Source: Dimorphilus gyrociliatus (lineage: Eukaryota > Animalia > Annelida). From it: a stretch of DNA of 64,000 bases. The stretch spans positions 988,819 through 1,052,818 of the forward strand of contig CAJFCJ010000007.1 in assembly GCA_904063045.1 (NCBI GenBank). The letters run 5' to 3'. This document shows positions 10,003-22,300 of the stretch, piece after piece. The notes under the pieces are model-generated. The model had not been told where the DNA came from. It made no database searches and worked only from the letters and a program-made list of their open reading frames with translations. A program made the translations under genes and the position numbers. Position 1 is the stretch's first letter, and every line of letters starts with the position of its first letter.

Positions 10003-13000
10003 ATTGAAGGTGCTTTAAAGTCTAGAATATACGAGAAAAGTCTGATTCGAATGGTAATAAATTAAAGAAAATATGCTTCTTCTTCCGCATCTTCGATCGA
10101 CTGTGTCAACAGGAAAGGCGATAGTTGACGCGCGTATGCAAATTAGCGTCGGAGACGCATCTGCTGCTCTCCTTGATGCACGTATGATTACCATAGTTTG
10201 TAATTTTGCCGGGCTGCTTAGGCTGTATACCATTATACATATACATTTCCGAGAAAATGGGATTTTCAATGCTTTGTGGGTGGTAGGATTAACGCGTGAA
10301 AAGTTGGGGATTATCATTGCTCTTATCAATCGAAGCCATAACGAGATAGCGGAACGGTCGGTCTGAGCTGATAAACCGTTTCTTTTCGTGACCGTTTCTT
10401 TTTTTTCCTTTCGTGTCCAAAAAGGGCGTGCTCGATTGCATGGAAGAAACGTATTGAGAATATACGACTTCTTAACGAAAAGTACGGCTTTTTATAAACC
10501 TTTAAAAAAATGGCTTCCTATAGCTTATACAAACTATAAAGGTTCGACTTTCTAATCCTATAAGAAAAATGCGATCGTTAGGAGGCGTCTCGGATTATTG
10601 GTTATCTGCTATACGTAAGAGAATTATCAGTGTACGGTCGGTTTGCATTAATTGAATCTCTAATCTGTTTTCGGTGAAATTGGAAGAAGACTGTAAAAAG
10701 CGTTTCGGAAAGAATTGCGTAATCGAAAAGGTGCGGAAATCAATATAAAATTCCTGTCGTTCTTTTGATCTATTGACGCTACCCAGATTTATGTCTTATC
10801 CAATGACCTATGACGACGTCTCGTATTGACCGATTGCTATTTTCGTTGATTATACCTTATTAACGACCTTCTTCCCTTCATCTTAATGTCTAATTCATTT
10901 ATTTATTTATTCATTCATTAATCTTTCTAAACATTAAGGCTAATATCAAAAACACAACTAATCATTGTCTTATTAGGTACAAAACAAAAAGATTCAAAAA
11001 GAAATCATATTGTTACTTAATACGTAATTAAACCTGGAAAAGAATGACCAATGGCTATCAATAACTGATCAACTAGGTAGATGAAAGGGAATACACGAGA
11101 GAATTGCTTAAAGTTGTATATTTATACTTTTCTCTGCAGTCGAGCACCTGCAAATTGCTTGTTGACTAGGAAGCAGCTGTAAATATTTTGTTATAGTTGT
11201 AATTATTCCTTAATAAAAAGTCATAGAGTTAAAAAGGATAAGTTAAGAAAGAGAATTGATAAGTTTACACTTGACTCTTTACAAGCCCTGATAATGGATG
11301 ATAAAGATAATAATGAGATTTCTTATTGCCGTTTCTGTCTCTCTATAATAATAAGTTTCAGACGCAATTGGTATATAAAATACATTAATATATAAATGTT
11401 TATGATCCAATTCTGAAATAGTTATTATTAGGCTGTTGGAAATGTTTTATATTTAAACATATATGACCTATTATTGTTAGCTGTAAGAATCTATTGGAGC
11501 CAACTGCAACATAAGTTTTAACAAAGTTAAGCAGACCGTAAGGGATGTATTGACAGTTCTGTCTTGTCTTATACTTGTATTTAATGTATTATTGTTGTAT
11601 ATAAACAAGAAAAGAGTTTATATATTCTATATAAGTTGGACACTCTGATCCATTAGCCTGTTGCGACGACGCTTTGCAGAGTAAACAGGAGCCTGACATT
11701 TGCAACGATCGGATATATAATACGGCTGAGCGTATTTACTCTACGCTACCGGTACTTTTTTTCCCGTTTTGGTTGAAGAAAAAAAAAGGAGACGCCTGCC
11801 AGGAAATGGAAGGTTATTGGCAGCTTTCATCGCGAATTGAGCAGACTGTCCATTATAATAGCCTGTACTTAATTGAACGGTAAATGATTGAGAAGGCTCC
11901 CCATGCAATAATGGATATCACGATATTGGTCAAGGGTCAAATCAATGTTTTGAACGCTCTTATTGAAATATTACTTCGAAAGAAATATCCAATAGAATCC
12001 TACTCAACTATTATTGCCCTGTTTTCTATAGTTGTGTTTGTTTATTTAATATACAAGTAGAAGGATGCATTAGGCCTATTGCGCAAAGGTTCTGTTAATG
12101 GTGAACCGGCTAACGTTGTTAGCGACGAGTGGACGGTGTAGTGGGAACCATTAGCGATATTCGGCGCGCGTTGGATATTATTATATGGGATTTGTGTGTT
12201 TTAGGATTATCGAGTTGATTAGTGAGCGGCTACAGCTTTGAAATATTATAAAAAATTGTACAAAAAGTGTGAAATATCAATTATAGTAAAATTTAGAAAA
12301 ATAGAAAAAAAAGGGCTAAAGGGCAACGGCTAGTAGTTGGGTGGAGAAAAAAAGTGCGGATAAAGAAAGGGGCGGAAGTGAGAAAATAATGGAGGCATAA
12401 AGCTCCTAATACATATTCATGTAGTATTTATACTACTAGGCACGTGTTGTCTCACTTCTACATTGGGCTAACTTATTAAATTGATATTTAATGCTATCTC
12501 CATACGAATTAAATGGAAACTGATACAAACAATGTCGCGATTAATATTTGTTTTTCTTTTGGATACATGCTGTGCAAATAAAGAATGGTAAGCCCTTTTT
12601 TTTAGGCGAAGCTTATTTTGTCGTTTGATTGATTTTTCTACTCTTTTGTTTTCGCCAACTGAACGTTGAAGCGTCCACCTTTGTATAAACTTTGAAGGAT
12701 TTAGTGACACCTATTGACCAAATGTTAAATACTTTTGTAAACATTATTAAATTTTGGTTGAAGGAAATGAAAAGGGAGAAATCTAAGAGAAGTTTGTTTC
12801 ATTTTTCCATCTTGGAAATCCAATTACTGATTCGCCCATTGAAATAAGAAATATTCACAATGCAGTTAATAAATAATAAAACTTATGTATTTTTTTCTTT
12901 TTTTGTATATTGTAGGAAATTGAAGAAGACTATTCTCATTTGTCACGTTTTCTTAGACTATTCGATTGCGTTCAATCGAAATAACGAGTTAGTTCTTTTT

Positions 13001-13321
13001 TTTTCTAGTAAAATCAAAATTGTATGGGAAGAAAACCCAACCACGTATTACTAAATAGAGAAACTCAGGAAATGTCGACCGCCATTTCCGCTCGACGCCC
13101 GTGTAACACCCGGCAAACAGACGTCGAGAATACACGCGTGCGCAGCAGTAGGGATAAATCTAATTAGGTCGTGCGTCGTTACCATAATTGTTCCATCAGT
13201 CGCTTATCCAGATCGTTTTGAACGTATTGAATGGGTCAAATTCACATAGAGTATGTTAAATGAAACTCGAGAAACTAATTTCATTCCTAGGCATGCATTA
13301 ATTGCAAAGGTTTACACTCTA

Positions 13322-13340
13322 TGTGTGTGTGTGTGTGTGT
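13322..13340. repeat. (TG)n microsatellite
   Basis: About 9 TG units. Confidence 0.9.
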
Positions 13341-14459
13341 TTGTGAGGGAAAGAGAGAGAGCATGGGAAAACACAAGAAAGAATAAACACTAAAATGGAC
13401 TTGTTACGTAATAATAAGATGTCTTGTTGTATTTGTTTCTCTATTAAAGAGATTTTAGAATGTCAATGGGACAAATTGCTGTGTGTTCCTTGGATTCATT
13501 ACATCCGCCTATTTTTTTCATTTTAGACGCCCAGGCACGTTTTTACTAACCGATTGACCTTTTAAACTCATTATTCCTTGTTACTTTTTTTCAGTATTTT
13601 CCATTTTTTTATAGCATATAAACGTGAGATTGAAAAGCGTAAACAGTACATTATTTTGCTGATCTTTATCTGTGGCGTAAAATGACGCTTGAAACGCCCA
13701 AAGGGACTCTGGCTCCTTGGCAGATCAATAGGAGTCTATGCTTAAAGTTTCATACTGATTAGTTAAAAGAGTATTGAAGGACCGTACCGAACAAAAATGT
13801 TTTTACGTATAAATTGTGTATATTAGATCAGAACACATCAGATTTTTCAAACGCCGCAAAAGCGATGTTCGTCTTTAAGTTCTCTTATAAAATCCACTTG
13901 AAAACGAACATCACTTTTTTTACAATTCTTTTCTTTGCAGCTTAAATAGTAACTTTATTTTCCTTTTTATTAAAAGTAGAGAAATCACGTGAGTGGTCGA
14001 ATATAAAATTGCCTTTTAATTAAAACTCGCGTGCAGTACTTTTCTATTGTTCACGTTCGGTCGAGGAAGGGAAAAAGGTGACAATGAAAAAAAAAAGAAA
14101 ATAATAATCGTCCGAGCCCCTTAACGATTTCGGATAAAAAATACGGTGGTCAGTTAGAGTACGCATTGTCGGTGGCTAGGCCTAATTGCAAACAAGAGAA
14201 TTCATTTAGTTCTACGATCGATTAACCCCACGAATGCGCCTCCTAATGAGTAGGCCTAGAACTTGTTGCGCTTGAAAGGTAAGATTCGACGCTTGATTAA
14301 TTGATTAGGTCTTTTGATGCCGCAAATATCTTTAGATTATTCAAAGAAAAATTAGCGAGTTACGAGCTTTTTCTCATCTTTCTAACGGTCTCATTCATTA
14401 AATATTTTAGTGATAGAATGTGAGAGAACGAAATCGTCTTTCACGCCTTTTCTTTCTTA

Positions 14460-15520
14460 ATCCATTGAATTATTTAAAAAACGACTCCTTGGTGACAGCA
14501 AGAACTGTTCTTAAGTAAAGATGGTGGGAAACTCGGGAGAGTTAGAGTAGTTTATTAGAAAAAAAACAGTTGCTAGTTATTGGCTATTGGCCTGTAACTC
14601 TTGGAAAGAGAAGTTTAAATAAACAGTACGTTAGTAGATAGGAATCGGGTGTTTTCTGGCAGCCCGAAGGCTCTAGACGGAACGAAGTTAATTGTTGAAC
14701 GAATAATTTGTCTCTGCTTCTAATTATTATCTGTAAAACAACGCGTCATTGTTCTATAATTCTATAACAAATTTTTATCGCTTTTACTTTTTCATTATGC
14801 AACACTATCGCATTCTTTTGTTTCTTTTCTTTTTCTCCTCTTTATCTCTCTATTGTACGTACGGTATTCTATTGCCCACTTTTTCTTCTTCTTCCCCGTC
14901 TCTAACCGAGCATTTTATAGATCTACCTATACAACGTTACGTTTATATATCAAGTTTATGCTAGTTAAAGACGATCCTCGAAAATGGAGTGTCTATCTCG
15001 GCTAACGTAACTGGCACGACGATTGTTTATATCTGCTTGTATGTAAAGAGCAAGAGAGAGAGAGAGACAGAGACAGAGAAAGAGAGAGAAAAAAAGAGAG
15101 AGAAAATGACAAAGATAGAGACAGAAAGTTTGACATGAGAGACAGGGAAAAGTGCACCTCACAAAGTTAGAAAGTCAGACAAAAAGACGCTTATAAACAA
15201 ACAAAGCTACCGGGGTGCAATAGGGAAATATAGCAGAATGAGGAATGTAATGTGTGTCGGTTGTCATGATGGTGGACCATGCCCTTCATATTAGTAGTTA
15301 AATCGAACATGTGACAATGTTCACATACTATTAACGAGCTTATCGGTTTTAAATTTCGATGGAAAGACTCTTTTTTCGTGGAAGTAGGAGGTGAAAATTT
15401 CCCTTCTTTCCAACGTGGAACGCAAACAGCTGGAACAATACTGGAATCTTGCTTATACATGGTTGACTGAAAAAGATTGTTTACCTTAAATACATGGTCT
15501 ATTAACCAAACGTAAATAAG
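14460..15520 (-). repeat. Arm B of the inverted segmental duplication (near-identical core 14600-15023)
   Basis: Reverse complement of arm A; see arm A. Confidence 0.95.
14965..15032 (-). CDS. Possible terminal coding exon (x)INNRRASYVSRDRHSIFEDRL* at the edge of the duplicated core; the same peptide end is at 7652-7708(+)
   Basis: Preceded by a pyrimidine tract of about 100 nt and a CAG| acceptor (15033). Arm A also has a long CT tract before it, but its first AG gives a different phase. No upstream exons identified. Confidence 0.25.
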
Positions 15521-17108
15521 GTATACTTTTATGATTTTATGCCACCTATAGTACGTTCTACAAATTGTAAACCGGTAGATGGCGCTTGATGTACTTATAT
15601 GGTTTTTATTCATGTATTTTATATTTGATTCATTGTAACAAATTGTTAATTGGGGGAGAGAAATATAATTGTAAAGTATTTTTTAACATGTTTACTTGGT
15701 TATAATGTATCTTTGTAGCGTTTTTAATCTAGATTAAACAGCAATTAAACGATCCGATTCAGACATTATTTTTGAATTATTTGTGCATTTTTAATTAAAT
15801 ACGTGGATAATTGACTCACAATCATTAATTGAAATGAATTATATACCTATTATATCCACCTTTGCAATATAATAAAAAACAAACTACGTAAATTAATTAA
15901 CCGAAGAATATATAGTATTTGAACACACGTTGTTTGATGGCCCCAACATATCGGAAGGTCAACTATTAATTCAAATTTATTCAAAAGTAATTACACATTT
16001 TTTATCTAGATCCGATTAAAATATTTTCGATTTATTTGAATTTTGTTTTTGTGAATGAAAAGCAGACTTTTAGAACCCATATTGACCAAAATAGAACATG
16101 GGCTTTTTTTCTGTTATTGATGTAATTACTTCTCCTATAAAATTGGTTTTACATTAAGAAAGATCTAATTTAAAGAACCTAAAAGATGGCGACACTATAA
16201 TGTTACGATATCAATATCATTACGAGAATGAGATATGATATATGGGATATGATCAGGAGGGAATTTTAATCGGAAGGTTCTCTAAGCGAAGCCACATTTG
16301 CCTGATACAACATAATCAAGTGGTATTGAGCCTAAAGCGTTCTTGGACCAATCCGACCGTGTTTACCCTACGATTCGTTCTAATTATATGAAAAACTGGC
16401 CCAAACAGTTTCATTATATATCTGTGTGTTGTATTGATGATAGACATATGGCTTCTGAAATCCATAGAGACTGCTTTTAATAATTAACACTCACTTTTGA
16501 CATAATCTTAACTTTTTACGCTGTCGCACTCAACTTTTGACGGTCACATATGCAGTCCACTAGAATATATTTAGTTTCTATCTCACGTGACTATTATATA
16601 TATGAGAGAAAAACTGAAAAAAAGGGGAGGGGAAGGGGTGAAATAAAAGTGAAAAAAAAAATAATAATAAAGAAAAGTATATCCCGAGTGGTCGTTTGAG
16701 GTGAGGGGAAAATGAAATCGGTAGAACGTTATTGCCAAATAGGGTACCGATTGTGTATAATCCGAACTCGATATTAGGACATATAAGGGAAAATTTGTAA
16801 GTGAATCTAATTGTTGCTAGCGCAATATGAAAATAGTGTATATGGTTGGAGTTTGACTAAAAATTATTGTATACTTCGCTGTATGCAATTAACTGTACTT
16901 GTTATAAAAAAGAAAAGAAGTGAAATGTAAGAGTCAATTTTATTTGGTAGCATTGAAAACCTACTAAACGCCTTCTCTAAAAGTCCTATATGAAAAAGGC
17001 GTTAAAAAAACTAACGCTCATTTTACAGTTGGAGCACGTGCGTAGGGGGCGCTCGAGAGTGGCGTCTAAGCCTTTCAAACAGGCCTACAACATGTGACCG
17101 GACCGGAC

Positions 17109-17537
17109 ATGTCTTCAACGGTTCCGAACTATGTGAACCTAGGCAAGGAGAAGAAGACGATCAAATCATCTCATATTCCGTATTATGTCAATTTACAAAC
17201 CACTGTCAAACCTCCACCCTTTTACGTGAATATTGATCAAAGGTCGGATAACAATAAAAGTAAAGATGAACAAGAGGAAGATATAGTCAACAAGGACGAC
17301 GAATACGGATATTGTAGTGATAAGGATGAGTTGAAAAAGGAAAGTCTTTCACCAATTTCTTCTTCTACGTCCAATTCAACTCCAACTTCTTCGTCATCTT
17401 CACCATCCACTTCTACAGATGCCGATTCGGATAACTGCCCCTCTGCTAAGAGAGGTAGTGTTATATACGTAGAAAAAACAGAAGTCGAGGACGGCCACTT
17501 AAAAATGGTTCGTAGAAACAGAATAAAAAATAAGTAG
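17109..17537 (+). CDS. Orphan 142-aa low-complexity protein with three Y-V-N-[LI] motifs
   Basis: Long ORF with coding-like composition. First in-frame ATG is 17109 (ORF-track start 17094 is GTG; in-frame TAA at 17067). Upstream acceptor with branch point CTAAC...TTTTACAG| at 17028 suggests a spliced 5' UTR. YVNL 17130, YVNL 17184, YVNI 17223; Ser/Thr run; KRGSV. Confidence 0.7.
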   Translation: MSSTVPNYVNLGKEKKTIKSSHIPYYVNLQTTVKPPPFYVNIDQRSDNNKSKDEQEEDIVNKDDEYGYCSDKDELKKESLSPISSSTSNSTPTSSSSSPSTSTDADSDNCPSAKRGSVIYVEKTEVEDGHLKMVRRNRIKNK

Positions 17538-18435
17538 GGGTCTTGTTATTTATTTTACTCACGTCAAGTCGAGAGACGCCAAGCAGGTTTCGCTTTTTCC
17601 AGCTTTTTTTATTATAGAATTTATATTACAAAGTCTAAAAAAAACTTTACTTATTTATTTACATTTCAATATTTTTCAGTATATTTCATTATAAGTTATT
17701 GACTTTGGCAAACAATTATAAACATATAAAACATTATACGTAATATATTCCGAGTATTTACTATAAAAGTTATGGTTATATGACAAGTAAACTCGACCTA
17801 TCATTGTAAAACCCGGAAATATGTTTATACATATTTATATATATATATACAGTAGTATAAATATATAAAAATAAAGGATAAATTATAAAGATAGGGGTTA
17901 AAATTGAATTAAAATGTAGAATTCATGAAGAAGCTTAATTATAGGGGTAAAAGAAATATATATATTTCGATTTAATTGAAGATGAATTTATTGAAGAAGA
18001 AGCAGTTTGTAGATCCGCCTTATCGATTTCGAAAAGATTTATGTATTAGACGTCTGTATACGTTTCGGTGTGGTAATGAAATGGCCGATTGACATGCGTT
18101 CCTTTATTTATTATATATTTTTACGATGTCTGCTAAGTATATTTCTTTTTCAAGTCTTAAAATAGGCCTATTTTCTGCCTAGAGTAATCAATTAGATTCA
18201 GTCGTTGTTCTCATCGGGAACGTCGCTAGAGATAGCCTGATAGACGAACTGCAATTGTTCCTTTTGACGCTACAATGCACAAGACCACATACAGTTGTAG
18301 TGCAAGGCGCATGGGAAAGGATAATGAAAATAAATATTTCTACTTTCCTTCAAAATTATCTGTTCTTTCTTAGCTAGTCTTAGATTAATTAAGGCGTCTT
18401 AATAATATGTTTATCCTTTCTTTATTTAGGTTTTG

Positions 18436-18465
<30 letters not shown>
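18436..18465. repeat. (GTT)10 microsatellite
   Basis: Ten perfect GTT units. Confidence 0.92.
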
Positions 18466-18466
<1 letters not shown>

Positions 18467-19202
18467 TTATTTTTGTTTTGTATTAAATGTTGCATTATTT
18501 TTATATACAAACAATATCTGACGAAAAGAGATTTAACAAAATAGCTAAAGAAAAACTTGAGCATAGTAATCGAATGATATCTACTCGAAAAGTCGACAGA
18601 TCAATATGTAGTAAGTGTGTGTATGTGCGTGTGTGTTCTTTCAGTATATAAATTTTTATTTAAATTGCTTATCCAAAGCTAGCCGCCACCATCTGTTTCG
18701 TTAGTAGTAGGCCTAGTTGGATTCCTGGTTAAACAGGGGTCAAAGTATCAATAATGAATGAAATAAATCGTTAATTATGTTATATAGTAGGAGAAAGAAA
18801 TGGTAGACAGTAGCCATCTTATTATATGGACACTAATCATAATTAGGGCGGAGAGGCCTTTGAGCCGGCAATAGGGGCGAAAGGGAATATAAGATGGAAA
18901 AAGAATTCTTTTAATTCAGATAGTAGAACATAAGGGGATAGAGTAAAAGTACGGCACGTGCGAAAGTCGTTATGGTCTGTGTGATTGATGGACATCGTCT
19001 CGTCTCACCTATTTGGGGAGCCAAGAAAAAAATCTGTGGCGATAAGTGTTTGATTGATAGTCGCCTAGTTTCTCTTCTAGTTTGCTAACAGGCATCTTAT
19101 GAAAGATTCTGTAATCATAACAGCTTGTTTCCTTTGTCTTATCGCATTTCTGTTTTTTACTCTTTCTACATTTCTCTTTTTCTCTTTAACTATGTTCTAC
19201 AG

Positions 19203-19334
19203 ACCACGACTGTAAAAAAAGCTCCGTATCGAGATAGAACGACGTCCCGCGAGACGTCTGGTAGAAAGGGTCGTGACAGTTTACAGCCCGTTGACATACG
19301 CCTATATTTCGGTCTAATATTCGTCACAGAGTAA
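19203..19334 (+). other. Exon-like GC-richer segment after a very strong acceptor (coding status unknown)
   Basis: About 70-nt pyrimidine tract ending TTCTACAG| at 19202; only phase 0 stays open (TTTVKKAPYRDRTTSRETSGRKGRDSLQPVDIRLYFGLIFVTE*). No partner exon found. Confidence 0.3.
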
Positions 19335-22300
19335 CCCTCATAAATCCTATAGTTTCCTATCACGTGATACCACCAACTTTATCCCTTCCCTTCGAATAGT
19401 GGATGCTATCAATTGTATCTAATCCTGTTACGACGTTGTCCAATGTAGAAATGTCTCCAAATCGTTTCAGCGAATAGAATAATGAATAAATTTTAAAAAA
19501 TTCGAAAGAATGAAATATCAAATAGCTTAATAAATTAAATTATTATTATTCTACAATTAATTCAACGATCTAGCATAATCTCTACTTTGTCTACATTTGC
19601 AACTGAAGCTAAAAAAAAGTGACTAAACTAATACATTTCATCGAAATAACTACAGGGAATTACGAGTTTACCGTATAGAAAGTTTATATTGAAAAAAAAG
19701 TCATCCTTTTTACAGGAACAATGACTCATAAGAAATAAATAAAAGAGTGATAATGAGAAGAAATCTTCCTTTTTCCTTTCTCTTTGTATTCTCTACATAC
19801 AAATATATATATATATATATACTGTATATATCTACTATACTTCTTCTAGCTTTCTCTCTCTCTCTCTCTCTCTGTCTTTCTTTCTCCCCCCCTTCCCCTT
19901 TCTTTTCCATTATCCCGTTCTATTTCATTCTCTATTAATAAAATTACTCTTCTCTTCTTTTACTTCCATAAATTCCTTTTGTCAAGTTGAATAAGTTAAC
20001 TTAATATTTCATTCGGTTAGTTAATTAAACTTTTATTTCTTACACGACCAAAGCAAAAAAACTGGTAGCTTGTAATCGAATAAGTATGGCAAAAACAAAC
20101 AGGTCGCTATTGTAAATATGAACGTCTATAAAGTGTGTAATATGTACGCCGGTAAACATAATATTATGGGCCTATATTAACAGACTATGCACGTTCCCTC
20201 GTTACATTATATTTAATACATTTTTAACGAATATCGAAAAAAATGGCGTTTTTACCATAATAAAAAAATGTTATATAAGTCTATAAAAGTTTGCTTTTAT
20301 TCTGAAACAACAGAGGAGAATGATGGTTTATCGGCTTATAAAAAATATATTAATTAGTAAACGATATCGAAGAGTAGTTGATGGTAATTGATCAATTATC
20401 GATGAATCAAGGTGCATGGAGTGAATAGATGTAATTAGATGTATACGTGTACGTTCTTTTACATACTGCACGGGTTCTAAAGCGTGAATAGTAGAAATAA
20501 TACATTAATTAATTAGAGTAATTAACAGTTTATAGGCACGTTTCTACTTGACTTTAGAATTATTTATGTTCAGACACAATGTTTAACTGAAGCATACACT
20601 GGCAGAACGATTAACGGTTTCTCGGAGGATTATAGTAATCTAGTAGTTTTTTCCTCTTACTGAACCAATAAATAGAATGTGTAAAGCGAGTATGTAGGTG
20701 TAAATCCGATTTTTTTCATACCACACCTAATAAGTATTTATGTAAGAACTATAATCCTATATAGCTTGCTGTAAATTCGTGAACTGTATATAAATTGTAT
20801 ACAATTTTTAGTCGGTTTTTAGACAAATTCCTTTCTAAATGCTCTTTTTTCAGTAGAGATTAATTAGATTCGGCTTCTGTAAAATTCATGACGGCCAATT
20901 CCGTACACGTGTGCGTACAAGTACATGTGTGCAGATGCGGACCAATGTATATTGTTTACATATGTGCCTTAGAGGAATATGAAGGATAAGATGAAGCAGA
21001 TGGATGTGTCTTAATAAAAGTAAATAAATATAAGTTGACATAAAACGAGCGAAAGAAACAATATTAGCAGTGTTATGCTTAAAAAAAACACGCAAATATC
21101 TATATTCAGTTTCTTCGTGCTAGTACTTTATCCGCAAAATGAGAATGATATGAAATGTCAGCTAATGTATGCGCGTCGCATCGATAATCAGGGCCCAAAG
21201 GGCGTCTAATAACTTCAACGTATTTTTAGCCCAACTAAACTACGTTTTTCTCATTTCATTTCTGTGTATATTTTTTTCTCCGGCTATTTTTGTCTTATAA
21301 ATTTGAAATATTTGGAATTTATCATCCAATTGAGGAGACTGACAAACAAAGTAGAAGATACAAAAAAGGAATAGTAATCATGTGATTTACTTTTTTTTTC
21401 ATTTGTGTCCATTCTGGAGTAGCTTCACATGGTACAGTGTAATTTAATAGTAGAGTAGATCGTGTAGTATTAACTTTTTAATAATATGCATCGTATGATG
21501 GAAATTTTCAATATTTATACAATTCCGTTCCGCATTGAAACATTCATAAATGGTTAAATAAGATGAAATTGCGTAACATTGCCACCAAAAACAGATGCGG
21601 CTCTTGTCACGTTCCGACCTTATAATTATATTTACATATTCATGAATTCGGCGAGTGTAACTGTTAATCAGACATGTGGGTGGCAGTGACAAGATATATA
21701 ATTGATACTTCTTTTTGCGTCAGCAACAGGCGCCTAGAGAAGAAGAAACAGTCTATTTTTTCCTATTACTGAAAAAGGCGTCTATTGAATTCGGTATAGG
21801 CGAGAACGCGAAAAATCGTAATGAAATTTGCATTCTGGTCCAGTTTTTTTTCTTTCTTAGAAAATCGACTAGATGTTGTTATTTTTTCTATAATCAGAAG
21901 AGCAAACTTAAGTTTATCGACCCAAGTTTTACTTTACAAAGCTTGCGTCCTTCGTAAAGATTTATGTGGAGGCCGTGACGTAATCTTTTTACATTACCGC
22001 TAGATGTCATGGCTCACAGTTTTTTTTACGAGAAGGGCGTCACCTAGTCGTCTGTTTTGATGGATGATCTGTTTAATTGTTTATATTCCGGCAATACCAT
22101 AATGGGAATGTCCGATTTATTAGAAATCTGATATCGTATTATTTGAGGTAAATTTAAACAGAACGGGAAAAGCAGAAGGGTAAACTACCTAAACATCTAT
22201 TATGATATAATAAATTACATTCCATAATGACTTTATCTAGGTAAAAGTAGGCCTAACCGGAATAGAGGTAGTGCGATCTTAGTATCAGGAAGTTTAAGAG

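Noticed and set aside
7650-15023. Interpretation as a TIR DNA transposon or Pack-MULE
   Set aside because: No target-site duplication at the core boundaries, homology continues outside the core, and no transposase ORF.
15191-15613. 140-aa minus ORF in arm B containing CEHCH
   Set aside because: The homologous frame in arm A is broken by a stop and frameshift, and most differences in its first half are non-synonymous.
18262-18310. miR-33-like sequence GTGCATTGTAG on the minus strand
   Set aside because: Only the first 11 nt match, it would lie on the 3' arm of a weak wobble-rich hairpin, and there is no SREBP host intron.
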